A stretch of 63,590 nucleotides of DNA, filler included, from Pelomyxa schiedti (Eukaryota; Protista; Evosea): the NCBI GenBank assembly GCA_020536535.1. It is 12 parts of 12 records of this genome, joined end to end, with 100 filler letters (N's around TTAATTAATTAA, not from the genome) between each part and the next. Parts side by side here need not be neighbours in the genome. Positions count along the whole stretch, not along the records: positions 1 to 14,024 come from JAHLWZ010001177.1; positions 14,125 to 17,915 come from JAHLWZ010000606.1; positions 18,016 to 21,840 come from JAHLWZ010001674.1; 9 more parts are not named here. One strand, 5' to 3'. A program made the position numbers and the translations under genes. Position 1 is the first letter of the stretch; each line of letters begins with the position of its first letter. A model generated the notes under the pieces. That model worked only from the letters and a program-made list of their open reading frames with translations. It was not told the DNA's origin and ran no database searches. Positions 9,301-21,000 of the stretch are shown here, in pieces.

Positions 9301-11904
9301 AAGTCATTACAACGAATGATTGTTGTACTACCTCAGCATAAAGACGAAGTGTTGCGTTGAATCGCACCATGTCTTTAGTAACAAAGTGACACCAGAGTGT
9401 CTGGGGATCTTTTCCTCATTAACTAGTGGAAGAAATGCCTAGTTTACCATTTGTTGCTTGTATGAAGACAATGTTGAGTTTCTTTAGTGAGTCATGAAGA
9501 AGGGCCCACACAGTTTGTGCTCTTGTTGTTGGTTCAAGCTTAAGCTGTGGAAGAATCAGTATTGATGCCAGAGGGCAGAAGTACAACATGTGAATCGAAA
9601 AGTGAAGGAACTTGAGCTGGGCAACTTGTGAGCCACGGGTGATGTTGAATATCACACAAAGAGACTCGGTTATTAGGATCCACAACCAGCATGCGGGATA
9701 ATAGATCAACTGCAGCAGGATCCATGTCTGGAGGAGGTGTGTATACTCCTTGTTTGATGAGTTCAACAATTTCCTTAGCAGAGTCGGACAGGAAGGGGGG
9801 TTTCCCCACAAGCATACGATAGCTGTCAAGGGAAAAAATGATTACACACATTGTTGATTAAAAATTAAGACACACAGTGCAACACCCTGAGAGAATGTGA
9901 GGAAAAATATATGGCAGATGGGTACATGCCATTGCCCAAGTGTCAACTTTTTCACCAGAGTAAGACTGTCCTTCCACTTGTTCTGGAGAGATGTGATACA
10001 GTGAGCCTACAAGGCCACTAGAAAAGTAGTCCCATCCTACGATGATTAGAGATGGTGAGACGAAGAAGAGTACCTTTTTGAAAAATGCCGGCATGGCCAA
10101 AGTCTACAACCTTGATAAGTTTTCCGGTGGAATCTAGAACTATGTTCTCCAATTTCAGGTCTCGGTGGCACACACCCTATAGACAGTGAGAACCTGTATT
10201 CAATAAGTGAGTTCATACGTGCTGATGACAGTAAATAACACAGTCAACCAGCTGGGAGAAAAAATGTTTTGCCATGTTGTTAGACAATACCTAGACAGAC
10301 TGAGTGATGCCCAAATACCTTTATGTTACTACCTCCATAGCAACATGCTCTGCTAAGTTACCGCCCTCACACAACTCCATAACGAAAAATACATTTTCTT
10401 CTGTCTCCATTACCTCCTCAAGGGTAACAATATTTCTGTGTTGCAATAATTTCATAGCCTACATCAACTTAGTGCATTAACGTAGCAAAACGCTCACCTT
10501 GATTTCCACATCCATACGGGACATGTCTGATACATTTCCTTTTTTTGCTATTTTTATTGCTTTTTTTGCACCAGTTTCGGTGTCTATAGCCATTTTCACA
10601 ACGGCTTGACTTCCTTTCCCAAGTTTTTGTTTAAACTCGTATTTACCAACTCTATCTGAGGCCTGGGAGGAGAGTTAATTTGAGGATATTAAGCAATAAA
10701 ACTCACTGATGATGCAGACTGAACCTCATAATGCTATGGGAAGTAGTTTAATATTTTGGCTGAATCTATGGCAACATACTTTGAGAATTAACTCGGCAAG
10801 AACGAAGAATTGCTCTTTGGTCAAAAAACGAGCTCTGGGTGGGTTTGATAAGGTTATCTGAGTTGAAAAAAGAAGAGCCTTCACCTCCCATTGCTATATT
10901 CCTCCATTATTCTTTTTGCGCGCTCACTAGGAGTTTTCTTGGTACTAGTTTGGGGTGACGTTTCAGTCTTGGGAAATGTTAGGTTGGCGATAGGATGCAG
11001 AAATCACGCACATTGTGAGTAAGAACGTCAGAAGATATCCCGTCCAATTCGAGGGCATTAAGCAGGTAAGCCAGCTCGTCCTCTTCAATTGTTTCGTTAT
11101 GCTTTATGTCGGCCTGTTGGAGGTGAGAGTGCCATTTTATTCGCAGTCTGCTACCAGCTTAAACAGCCATGACACAAATGATTCCTTTGAGTTGGGAGTG
11201 GTCAGGACTTTCTGTAATAACGCTTTCGAATCTTCTTTCATGGTAGAGCCGAGTTCACCGGCAGAGGAAGATGTGTTTCCCGTGTTTGAAGCCGTAGTTG
11301 AAGTGCTCGTTGTCGACGAGGAAGAATCACTGTTTTCTCCTCCAGTTTCTGAATCTGAACTAGCCACATTGCCAATCGTAGACCCAGCAATTGGAGGAAT
11401 TGCAGAGTCCCGATCTCTTAAACCCGGAACTACATGCCACTTAATTAGTTGCTACAAAAAGAGGTTTGGTGCCTTTCTCTAAATCAATTGTATGAGCGTG
11501 CACTTGTGTTGGAGGGCTAAGGGTGATTAACAACCAGTGTTTTTAAACAGTGGGAAATCGTACTTAATTTTATTTTGTTTTTCAACTTGTTCAAGGTATT
11601 TGACAAGTTGACAGAAGTCTTCTTTGTTAATACCCCCACATTTGGAGGAATCGAACTGGTTGTGGTGAACAATGGGAAAGGTGACAAAGGGAAACTCACC
11701 TGAAATAAGAGGAGAGGTGAATTTGTTACAGGATGGTTAAATCCAGGCATTGCCCGTATTGATAAAATTTCATCGAGGGTAAGTACACCAGTTTTAGCTG
11801 ATGTCAGAGTAAGAGAATGACTGAACAAAGCCACCCAATGTACAACCTTGATCGAATTTATCAAAGATTTCCTTAACAGCAGCCTTGGACTTGCCACTCC
11901 CCAT
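6399..11904 (-). CDS. Multidomain protein: N-myristoyl motif, EF-hands, CAMKL-type Ser/Thr kinase, KA1-like domain, P-loop GTPase, Zn ribbon, S/T/P-rich region
   Basis: Spliced frames give MGSGKSK; FDQAKTGVLTLDE, FDSSKCGGINKED and ADIKHNETIEEDE; LGKGSQAVVK, HRDLKLEN, DFG and SPE; FEFTYVSGSG; GKTGVGKS, DSRG and NKAD; CPRC..CNSC; stop at 6399. Junctions checked by eye were GT-AG and in frame. Confidence 0.8.
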
Positions 11905-12515
11905 TTACAATGCAAGTCTCTACAAAGTAATAGATAGAGAGGGTTTTTTGTGTGGAAGAACAACTTCCCAAAATCGTACAACAACACCTCTCTGCAGAAC
12001 AAAAAAAAAAAAAAAAACAAAAAACACATATGTTAATATTCAATACGTGAAAGCGCATAAACCTACACTTCAGAAGAAAAAAAAAAAAAAAAAGGGAAAA
12101 AAAGGCAAAAAAGAATACCACAAGGGAGCACAATGATGGCAACCACAAAAATGACGATTGACGATTGACGTGGTGAGGTAGTGGGGTTGGTGACGATCGG
12201 AATTTCGCACTCGCACACACGCGACGCGCGGCACCTCGAAAAAAATCAAAAAGTCAAAAAAGCAGAAGAAGGCCCGCAGCCAAACGAGTGAAAACAGTTC
12301 CAACCCAACACAACAAGATCTCACCAATCTTCCCGCTGTCCAATATTGATCAATGGGTGATCCTCACCAGCCATTCTCTTGTGCTCAGTCTCATCAAGGT
12401 CCTGTGGGTGATAATTCCCAGACAAGATGTCAATTGAACTTTCTCTGAGATCCAACACAAATAAAAACAAACCAAGACCACGCACCACAGGCGGTATTGA
12501 CGCATACACGTAGAA

Positions 12516-13573
12516 ATGGCCGGGATTGCAAGAGGAAGATTGACAGAAGAGCGGAGACAATGGCGCAAAGACCATCCTGCTGTATTTACTAAATATCGGG
12601 AAACAAACAAACGATTAATACCGCTTAATACTAAGTGACGTTGCTATTTGTTCAAGCAGTATAGCTTTTTTTTCCCCTCCGCTTCTTTTTCACAGCGCGC
12701 AAAACTTACTAACGAAAAACACAAAACCGCAACGAATCAAGGTCCTGTCCGTTGCACTTTCTCCCTCTTATACTTCACTCTCTTAAACATTGGCAACACG
12801 ATTTCTCCCTCTGATATTTCCTCTCCCCGAAATCCCTGCTTGAATCTCTCCCTCTTTCGTTTGATTACGTCTATTTGCACGGTCGGCTAGAGTTCAAACT
12901 AGAGCCGACCGGGCAACCATCTGGACGTAGTGACCCTGCAAATAGGGGTTCTATGCAAGACCAAAAACAAATTCTGATGGCTCCCTTGATCTCTTCTTTT
13001 GGGAATGTGGAGTTCCCGGCAAGAAAAAGGTAGCCTTTACCATTCTGCATCAATTCATACTTACTCAATGGAAGACAATGTGGGAAGGGGCAACTTATCC
13101 CGTCAGCATGCAATTTGGTGAAGACTACCCATCAAGACCTCCCAAGTGTAAGTGCACCACGCGTTGGCCCGAAAAAGTAACACCTTTCAGGTAAATTCCC
13201 ACCTGGGTTTTTCCACCCAAACATCTTTCCATCTGGAACTGTATGTTTAAGCATTCTCAATGAGGTGTGCCCCTTGTCTCCCCAACATATCTCACCATCG
13301 CAGGAAGAAGACTGGAAGCCAGCCATCACTGTGAAACAAGTATCTCCTCGTTGCAACTCGTTGGCGCCCCTTTTACTATCCAAATAGATTCTCGTTGGAA
13401 TACAGGATTTGCTCGATACACCCAACCCAAATAGTCCGGCACAAGAAGCTGCCTACTACTCATATATGTAGACTGATTAACTCCACAACAAACGCTTACT
13501 TTATCACAGAAACAACCAAGAACAATACAGACAACGTGTAGCTCAAGAAGTTCATAAATATGCTGACGCGTAA
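12516..13573 (+). CDS. UBC9: SUMO-conjugating enzyme E2 (7 exons)
   Basis: [22 protein letters not shown]|GFYARP...WECGVPGKK|TMWEG...YPSRPPKC|[24 protein letters not shown]|[12 protein letters not shown]|[19 protein letters not shown]...ADA*. Intron 1 is 12581-12945. Confidence 0.95.
12864..12931 (+). ncRNA. Candidate structured RNA hairpin inside UBC9 intron 1
   Basis: Nested stems ATTACGTCTA/TGGACGTAGT (two G-U pairs), TTGC/GCAA, CGGTCGGCT/AGCCGACCG and AGT/ACT. Confidence 0.45.
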
Positions 13574-14024
13574 CCAGTACCACAACACCCTATCCCTGTT
13601 ATGAAACAAAAAAACCCAAATTTGTGAACAACCAATACCAACGCAAATACACACAAACTGCACCTTGTGTTGCTTTCAACACAACAAATGCCAAAAAAAA
13701 AAGAGAATAGAACGTGAAACTAGGTTTCATTTCATTCCTATTTGTTACTTCGTTCATCAAAGTCACTTTCTAACAAATAGTGTGTTTCAGCAGGGATTTA
13801 TCTCTACTGCCAGACAAAAGGTTTGAGTCCCACCACTTGACACACAATGTTGGTCCTTCATGTGTGCGGTCCACATAAGTCCTTTGTGCACAATCAGAAA
13901 AAGTAAATAGTCATGAAATTAAACAAACGAGATAAAAGAATAGAATAAAGATAAAAACAGAGTGGAATTCATACCGGTTGATTGTGTTGCGCTCAACCGA
14001 GGTGGCAAATACTGAAACGGCACC

Positions 14025-14124
14025 NNNNNNNNNNNNNNNNNNNNNNNNNNNNNNNNNNNNNNNNNNNNTTAATTAATTAANNNNNNNNNNNNNNNNNNNN
14101 NNNNNNNNNNNNNNNNNNNNNNNN
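14025..14124. other. Artificial contig linker N44-TTAATTAATTAA-N44 (others start at 17916, 21841, 23399, 47345, 50284, 52468, 53859, 55572, 59380, 61072)
   Basis: Identical 100-nt linker with stops in all six frames, present 11 times. Confidence 0.98.
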
Positions 14125-15088
14125 ATTACTAGCACTGTGGGAGGCGCAGCCCCGCCAGGCTCCTACCCGCAGTGGTGACGGCAGTCAGCAGCGCAACAAG
14201 TTTGTCCAATGATGTGGAGGTGCGACGGCAATGTGGCACGAGTGCCCATTTCCAACTTCCTCAAGGGGGCAGTATTGTCACTGGCCGACTTGTTGGCCAT
14301 TTGGCATCGATTTTACTTGTTGAGATCTCAATCTTGTTAATGACTGCCTCAGATTTTTTTGTTTTTCAAATTTACCTTTAATGGTTTACAATACTGGCAT
14401 CAATGTGCTTCAGATTTCCTTGCTAAAGTTCCTGCGCCATTTCAGGTATTCCTTTTCTGGTTACTATCACCAGAATAACTCAATTATTGCAGGAGCTTCG
14501 AAACAATCTGAAAAAGCCTTTGAGATGTCAGGTAAGAATAATTCCAAAGTCATGGGTATGCACAGAGCGCAAATTCCTGGTGAGTGTTCCACTCAATCCA
14601 CAACATCTATTTCGTAGAGTGAAATTCCATAAAAAATGGTGCTAAATAGCATTTAAAACGCAAATTGGAAACTAATAAAACGATAAATGTAAACGAAGTG
14701 AATAAACTAAATGTAAATCGAAGTTAAAATGAGAGTCTCATGTTACGAAACTTTGGATTTGATCCAGTGAATTTCTGAGCTTCAAATATAGGTTTCTAGC
14801 ATTCCCGCGTTTCATAGAACACTTGCCGGCCGTTGTATGTATGAATATTTATACATCTCAGGATTTCCGCGCTAATCTCATTACAGCGTTCCGATCGCTT
14901 CAGTGGCGGAAATATCCGTTTCCGTGTCGAGAATGTCCGCTTCTGTGGCTGAGGATACATTCCACAACAACAATCGCAGCATACTCGCGATTCCAAATTG
15001 TATGGTCCGTCTTTCAAGTGCCTGCATCAACAAAGTCATCTCACTTCTCCTCTTCGAAGTAGTAGCAACCATCAGCTGATAATCACCA

Positions 15089-15430
15089 GTGAGTGGATAT
15101 TTCCAGATGGGTGCGGAGGCTGGTGATCCTGTTTCAATGTATCACCTTGGTGTATGTCTCAGGGATGGTGTGGGTGTTGATTGTGACGTGGAGCAGTCAC
15201 ACCACTGGTTGGTGATGGCTGCCCAGCTTGGTCACAGGGGTGCTGCAAAGATCCTCATTTCTTCAATCTCTTCTTCATCTTTACTGAGCATCAAGTCTGC
15301 AGAACTACAACAAGTGGAAGCATTGACAAAACAAGTTGAATCCTTGAAAGAACAGCTGGCACATTCTTCTGGTGTGTTCTGTTTACAACCAATAAATGAA
15401 GAATTTGAAACACACACAGAAAGTTGGTGA
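15089..15430 (+). CDS. C-terminal part of a Sel1-repeat protein plus coiled coil (5'-truncated copy)
   Basis: ~15106-15225 is identical to ~17796-17915 (MGAEAGDPVSMYHLGVCLRDGVGVDCD). Confidence 0.6.
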   Translation: MSGYFQMGAEAGDPVSMYHLGVCLRDGVGVDCDVEQSHHWLVMAAQLGHRGAAKILISSISSSSLLSIKSAELQQVEALTKQVESLKEQLAHSSGVFCLQPINEEFETHTESW

Positions 15431-15540
15431 ATAAAAAAATTTTTCCTGAGGTTTTTGCGGGGCAGCGCATGGAAGATTGACCTACACATTTGAAACTTGA
15501 GGAATTCTCCCTGTGTATTCTCCTTCTTTGAAAACTTCTG

Positions 15541-16683
15541 ATGATGAGAAACAGTGATGCGTGTGAAACTCTTATGTCACCCCTCCACATCATTCGAGCG
15601 CGGGACCAACTTGTTGCACTGCTCGCTGGCGTGGCCGTTCCACATTGTGGGACGCACAGCCCCGCGAGGGTGGTGCCAGCGGCCGTAATACTCGACGAAA
15701 TTGGAGCCAAGTGGGTGATGCGCGTGGACAGGAGGATCGCGATCAAGAGAATTCCAGAGGGGATCAGAGACATATCTCATATTTTGTTCGTTGGTCTTTC
15801 ACAGACGCTGGGTGTGGTTGAGAGATGGATGTGGAGCAGGTCACGTGATCAGCTGCACTCGATCGTAAACCACCAACTGCTGTTTGGAGCTTGCGTTGGG
15901 AACGGTGGTGTTGTGGATATCACGGCCAGACACCTCACATTCACGAATCTTCGGACTGGTGCCGTGAGGTACCTGGGCAAAATACATCAGTTGTCAGGGA
16001 AAGCTGTGCTGCAGCAGGTTTGGCAGGGCAGGAAGTGGATGGTGCTCCTTTATAATTCCCTGGGATACATTGTGATTCTCCGCATCAGTGGTGGGCTTGA
16101 GAGTGGTTGTTGTGGCATTGGCAAGGAGGATGTCAGTGTTGTTGACGTAGGGACAAAAGGGTTCCAGCTGCATCTGATAACCGAGGATGAGGCTGCAGTG
16201 ATCATTGTGTCAGGGACAGTGTTGTATGTGGACCTCAAAGCATCGTTTGAGACACATCGCCTGGTTGTAACTCACACAGTTTCAGTGCTTTCTGCTTTTA
16301 CATTTCATATATTCCACTCAAAAAAGTACGGGCTTCTTTCCTACACTCCCAGTGGATGTGACAGCTCTGAGCATCTCCAATGGACCCTTCAGTCACTTCA
16401 GTCACTCAAAGTGCTGCACATGTCTGAAGGGTTTGTCTACAAGGTGGACCACACTCACTTTGCTGAGAAATCCAAGGGAACGTTGAGTATCTTCTCCACT
16501 GATCATTTTGATCACCCTCTTCGAGTTTTCCAACTTTCAGAGCTATTCCACTGTGAGAATGGGTTCGTTGTGTTTCATTGTGATGCGCGTATTGACCTCG
16601 TTGATGCTGTCACTGGCACTTGGCTCTTGTGCCAACCAACAGCCCCATCAACTCATTGGCACGTTTGGCACTCGTTTTTTTGA
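15541..16683 (+). CDS. Intronless ARDQ-motif family protein
   Basis: 380-aa ORF with ARDQLVAL, ILDEIGAKWV, LSQTLGVV, RKWMV, VLYVDLKAS and RIDLVDAVTG. Confidence 0.8.
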   Translation: MMRNSDACETLMSPLHIIRARDQLVALLAGVAVPHCGTHSPARVVPAAVILDEIGAKWVMRVDRRIAIKRIPEGIRDISHILFVGLSQTLGVVERWMWSRSRDQLHSIVNHQLLFGACVGNGGVVDITARHLTFTNLRTGAVRYLGKIHQLSGKAVLQQVWQGRKWMVLLYNSLGYIVILRISGGLESGCCGIGKEDVSVVDVGTKGFQLHLITEDEAAVIIVSGTVLYVDLKASFETHRLVVTHTVSVLSAFTFHIFHSKKYGLLSYTPSGCDSSEHLQWTLQSLQSLKVLHMSEGFVYKVDHTHFAEKSKGTLSIFSTDHFDHPLRVFQLSELFHCENGFVVFHCDARIDLVDAVTGTWLLCQPTAPSTHWHVWHSFF

Positions 16684-16765
16684 GCCCAAACAACAACAGA
16701 AACTTTCTTCCTCGCTGTTCATGTGGAAAACAACACATCTGTGAAAGATCCCGAAAAAGGGATTG

Positions 16766-17915
16766 ATGGCAACAACAAAGACACCCACCGTCGAAAGCAA
16801 CGGAGCCGGTTCCCTCGTCGACGAGGCCAACGCAGGCAACACCGAAGCGATGACCCGCCTCGGTGTGCATCACCTCATGGGTTCTCACGGGGCGGCCAGG
16901 AGCCCGGACGAGGCGCTGCGCTGGTTCAACAGGGCGCGCAGCGGCGACGGCCTGTTCTGCGTCGGGTGCTACTGCTACGACGGCCTCGGCGGGGCCGCCC
17001 GGGACCCGGACAAGGCGGTGTCGGTGTGGACCACGGCCGCCGTCCTTGGCAGCGGCGCGGCAATGGCTCGGCTCGGGTGGTGCTACCAGCACGGCGTGGG
17101 CGTGGAGTGCGACAAGCCGCGGGCCGTGGANNNNNNNNNNNNNNNNNNNNNNNNNNNNNNNNNNNNNNNNNNNNNNNNNNNNNNNNNNNNNNNNNNNNNN
17201 NNNNNNNNNNNNNNNNNNNNNNNNNNNNNNACAAGGCGGTGTCGGTGTGGACCACGGCCGCCGTCCTTGGCAGCGGCGCGGCAATGGCTCGGCTCGGGTG
17301 GTGCTACCAGCACGGCGTGGGCGTGGAGTGCGACAAGCCGCGGGCCGTGGAGCTCTACGCAGCCGCGATCTCCAAAAGCAGTGAGCTGCACTCGTGGCGC
17401 CTTGGCGTGTGCTATCTGCGCGGCGAGGGTGTGGGGAGGGACCTGGGCCTCGCCGCGGAGCTCATACAACAGTCTGCTGGTGGTGACGAGGATGCGCTGG
17501 CGTACCTTGGGTGGTGTTACTTGTGGGGGTGCGGTGTGGGAATGGATCTGGAAAAGGCTGTGGAACTGCTCACAAGTGCGAGTTCCACTCTCGATAATTG
17601 CAAGGCCAAGGTGTTCCTTGGGTATTGCCATGAAAGGGGCATCGGTGTTGCCCTGGACACAAACAAGGCTCGTGAGTTGTTCCACGAGGCAAATACCAGA
17701 CCGGGGACAGAGGCACTTGGGGAAATTGGGGAGTATTGTCTAAAAGGAGATTGTGGAGCACCAACAGACAAAAGAGCAGCTGTTGGATACTTGGAGATGG
17801 GTGCGGAGGCTGGTGATCCTGTTTCAATGTATCACCTTGGTGTATGTCTCAGGGATGGTGTGGGTGTTGATTGTGACGTGGAGCAGTCACACCACTGGTT
17901 GGTGATGGCTGCCCA
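16766..17915 (+). CDS. Sel1-repeat protein (intronless, 3'-truncated; the gap is an overlap artefact)
   Basis: Repeated A...LG.CY..G.GV..D..KA motifs. Removing the gap and the 120-bp duplicate restores one frame. Confidence 0.9.
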
Positions 17916-18015
17916 NNNNNNNNNNNNNNNNNNNNNNNNNNNNNNNNNNNNNNNNNNNNTTAATTAATTAANNNNNNNNNNNNNNNNNNNNNNNNNNNNN
18001 NNNNNNNNNNNNNNN

Positions 18016-21000
18016 TGGAGTGATTTGTGGGAGAGGATGATGAGAGGGAGTGGTGAGATGTCATCGAGGATCGCAGCGACCCTCTCAGGGGGTGCCTCTG
18101 GATCAATCGGAACGTATCCCGATCCCGTTTTCAGAACTCCATAAAGTGCAACGAACTGCTCGATTGATCTCTCTGCAATGATCGGGATGAGCTTCCCCGG
18201 TCCAACGTCTGGGAATGATGATTTGAGGAAGTGTGCAAGTTGGTTTGCTCGGTTGTTGAGTTCGCAATAACTGAGCACTTCGGTGCCAGACTTCAATGCC
18301 GGGAGATTTCCGTGGTTTGTGACAGACTCCTCAAACAGGAAGTGAACTGCCTTTCTCGTTTCTTCTGTGGTTGTGGTGTTGAACACCTTCTCTGTGGAAT
18401 TCCACACCGTAAGGCTCTTGACATCCGACTCATGGATAAAGGACAGCTGAGAGATGGGGCTGTCAGGGAAAGAAACAACACTCTTCATGAGAGTCTCCAT
18501 GTTGTTACCAAGGCGAATAACTGTTGAGTCATCAAGGATATCCTTGGCGAATTCGAACTGAACTTCCAAAGACCCGTCAGGCTGTGGAACAGCATTGACG
18601 CCAAGGTCAAACTTGGACATGACCGGAGGTACGGTGTAAAGGAGCTTCACGTCTCTGATTCCTTCCATGGCGAAGTTCTTCTTGTCCATGAACTTCCAGT
18701 CATCCATCACGAACATGACCTGAACGAGTGTGTGCATGCTCAGCCTCTTCTCAACGTGAACAGCTTCCACAATCCAGTCCAACGGGACATCCTGTGCCTC
18801 TTGTGCGGCGAGAACCCTGCTTTTCACCGATGCCAGTGTTTCCTTGAACGACTTGGATTCTTCAATGGTGGTTCTGATGGGGAGTGTGTTCACGAAGAAC
18901 CCAATCAGAGATTCCACACCAGGGTAATGCCTGTTCGCCGTGGGAATCCCAACAACGATGTCACCTTGTGGATTGGATGGTGGTGTTGTTCCTGTTGTTG
19001 CTGATGCTGTTTCTTTGGCTTTGTCAGTCTCTTTGGACCACCTTGGACTGTGAAGGTGCAAAAGGATGTTGAACACAGTGAGAACTGTCATGAACGGTGT
19101 GGCTGTGCTCATGCTCTTTCCCAGTGTTGTCAACGCCGAAAACAGTGACGGTGGGATCACGTGGATGTGGAATCCAGCGGAATAAGTCCGGTTGTCAGTC
19201 CTTGGCCTGTCGAGCGGAAGTTCGCAAACTTGATTGACTCCCTCGAGTTCCTTCTTCCAGAACGACAGTTGCTTCTCTTTCAGGTTGTTGTTGTTGGAAG
19301 TGTTGAGGAGCAGCTCCCTTTGCCAAACTGCAAAGTCAGAATACTGAAACGGCAACGCAGGTGGTTCCGGAGGGATTTGCTTCTGAGCTGCGATTGGTGG
19401 TGATGACAACACCACGCGGTTGTATTGGAGAGAGAGCTCCCTTGTGAAAACAACCATTGACCACCCATCCGTGATGATGTGGTGTGCAATGAAGAAAAGA
19501 ACGGTCTCTTCCTCGTCAAGTCGGAACAGGGTGAGCCGCAGAAGGGGCCCTGATTTTAAGTCAAAGGGAGTGCCCACTTCCTTTTGAAATTCCCCATTGA
19601 GCCACTTCTGTTTTGCTTCTTCAATACCGCCTTGGGCTGGTTTGGAGTATTGCACTTCTCGGAACTGGATCGCGTTCTCGGCATCCTGAACAGGGAGGAT
19701 CAACTGAAACCCTTGGGCGGATGTTGACGGTGGTGTTGACCCTTCTTCCTCGTGTTCTGTCACGAACCTTGTGCGGAGGCTCTCGTGTCGAATCACAACA
19801 GAGAGTGCTGCGATCATCAGAGCACCACCGTCAATGTGCCCAAACAAATGGGCACCACCAAAGACAGAGTACTGAACCGAGTTCGGCTGGAGCTGGTCCA
19901 GGAAGAACAGCCTGTGTTGTGTCAGTGACAGCGGCGCGATCCTCTTGTTGTACGGGGGTGCCGACGATGACAACGGTTTGATTGGTGGGAACTTGAACTT
20001 TGTTGCTGAGTTGGTTTCGGCGAGGAGAGCCGCCATAGACCTGATTGTTCTGGATGCGAACAAATCGCCGAGGTTGAGGCTCAACCCTCGTCTGTCAGCG
20101 GATGCAATTGCCTTGAGCATTCCGATTGAGTCACCACCAGCCTCGAAGAAGTCCTCATCGATCGATGATGGTTGCGATGGGAGCACCTCGCACCAAATCT
20201 CGAGAACCTTTTTCTCCATTGGTGTCAGAGTGTCTGTGTCAATTTTCGGCCTCGAAGGTTCTGTTGATGAATCCTTGGGGGGTTCATCACGAGCGGTGAC
20301 ACAGTTGATGAGGGCGGATCGCTTCTTGAACACAGAGGCGCACAAGGCGTGAGTTAAAAACCCAACACCCGGTGGTCCGAAATCAAATATCTCGACTGCA
20401 TCACATCCTTCCTTGTGTGCCAGAATCGCTCTGTTCATGTGTTAAAAGTGAAATAAAAATGGGGGATTTTAACTGGACAGTTTCCGTCCAATTGATTGGG
20501 AGTCCCATTGAGTCCATGTGAACTTGGTCACAATAAGGCTGCGTGTCCCACTTCACACAAAATACATGTTAATTGTCAACCAAGATCAAGAGGGAGGAAG
20601 GCGTGAACAACCTGTGATGTGTCCGCATTTAAACTTGTGCTGAAAAATGCAGCACTGATTGGAACTGGTTTCCAAAGGGAGTACTTTGCGGCTGGGATAC
20701 CACCAAGGAAATTTTTCAAAGCTTCAGATTGATAAAACGGTGCATGAAAACCCTCCGACACTGGCAGAACTTTGACTTGATGTGGAGGAAACAGACTCTG
20801 CAGTTTGGCCAGAGGAGTCGGGTGACCTGGAAACCAATGAATCAGTGAATGGAAGATGGAATATGGAACAAAGAGGTGGTGGTACAAACCAGAGACAACC
20901 GACTGGGTGGGTGTCAACCTGATCGACACAAAAAGTGGTGTTGAGGGAAACTCGGAATTCACAGCTTCAATGTGCTTCTCAAGCGTGGCAACTGGAACCT

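Noticed and set aside
14069-14080. Recurrent TTAATTAATTAA motif
   Set aside because: Artificial six-frame-stop linker inside N runs. Genes on either side are not neighbours, so no cross-contig gene cluster can be inferred.
17131-17350. Apparent internal duplications or frameshifts at 100-N gaps (also 2694, 47978, 54548)
   Set aside because: The exact 120-bp overlaps flanking the gaps are scaffolding artefacts.
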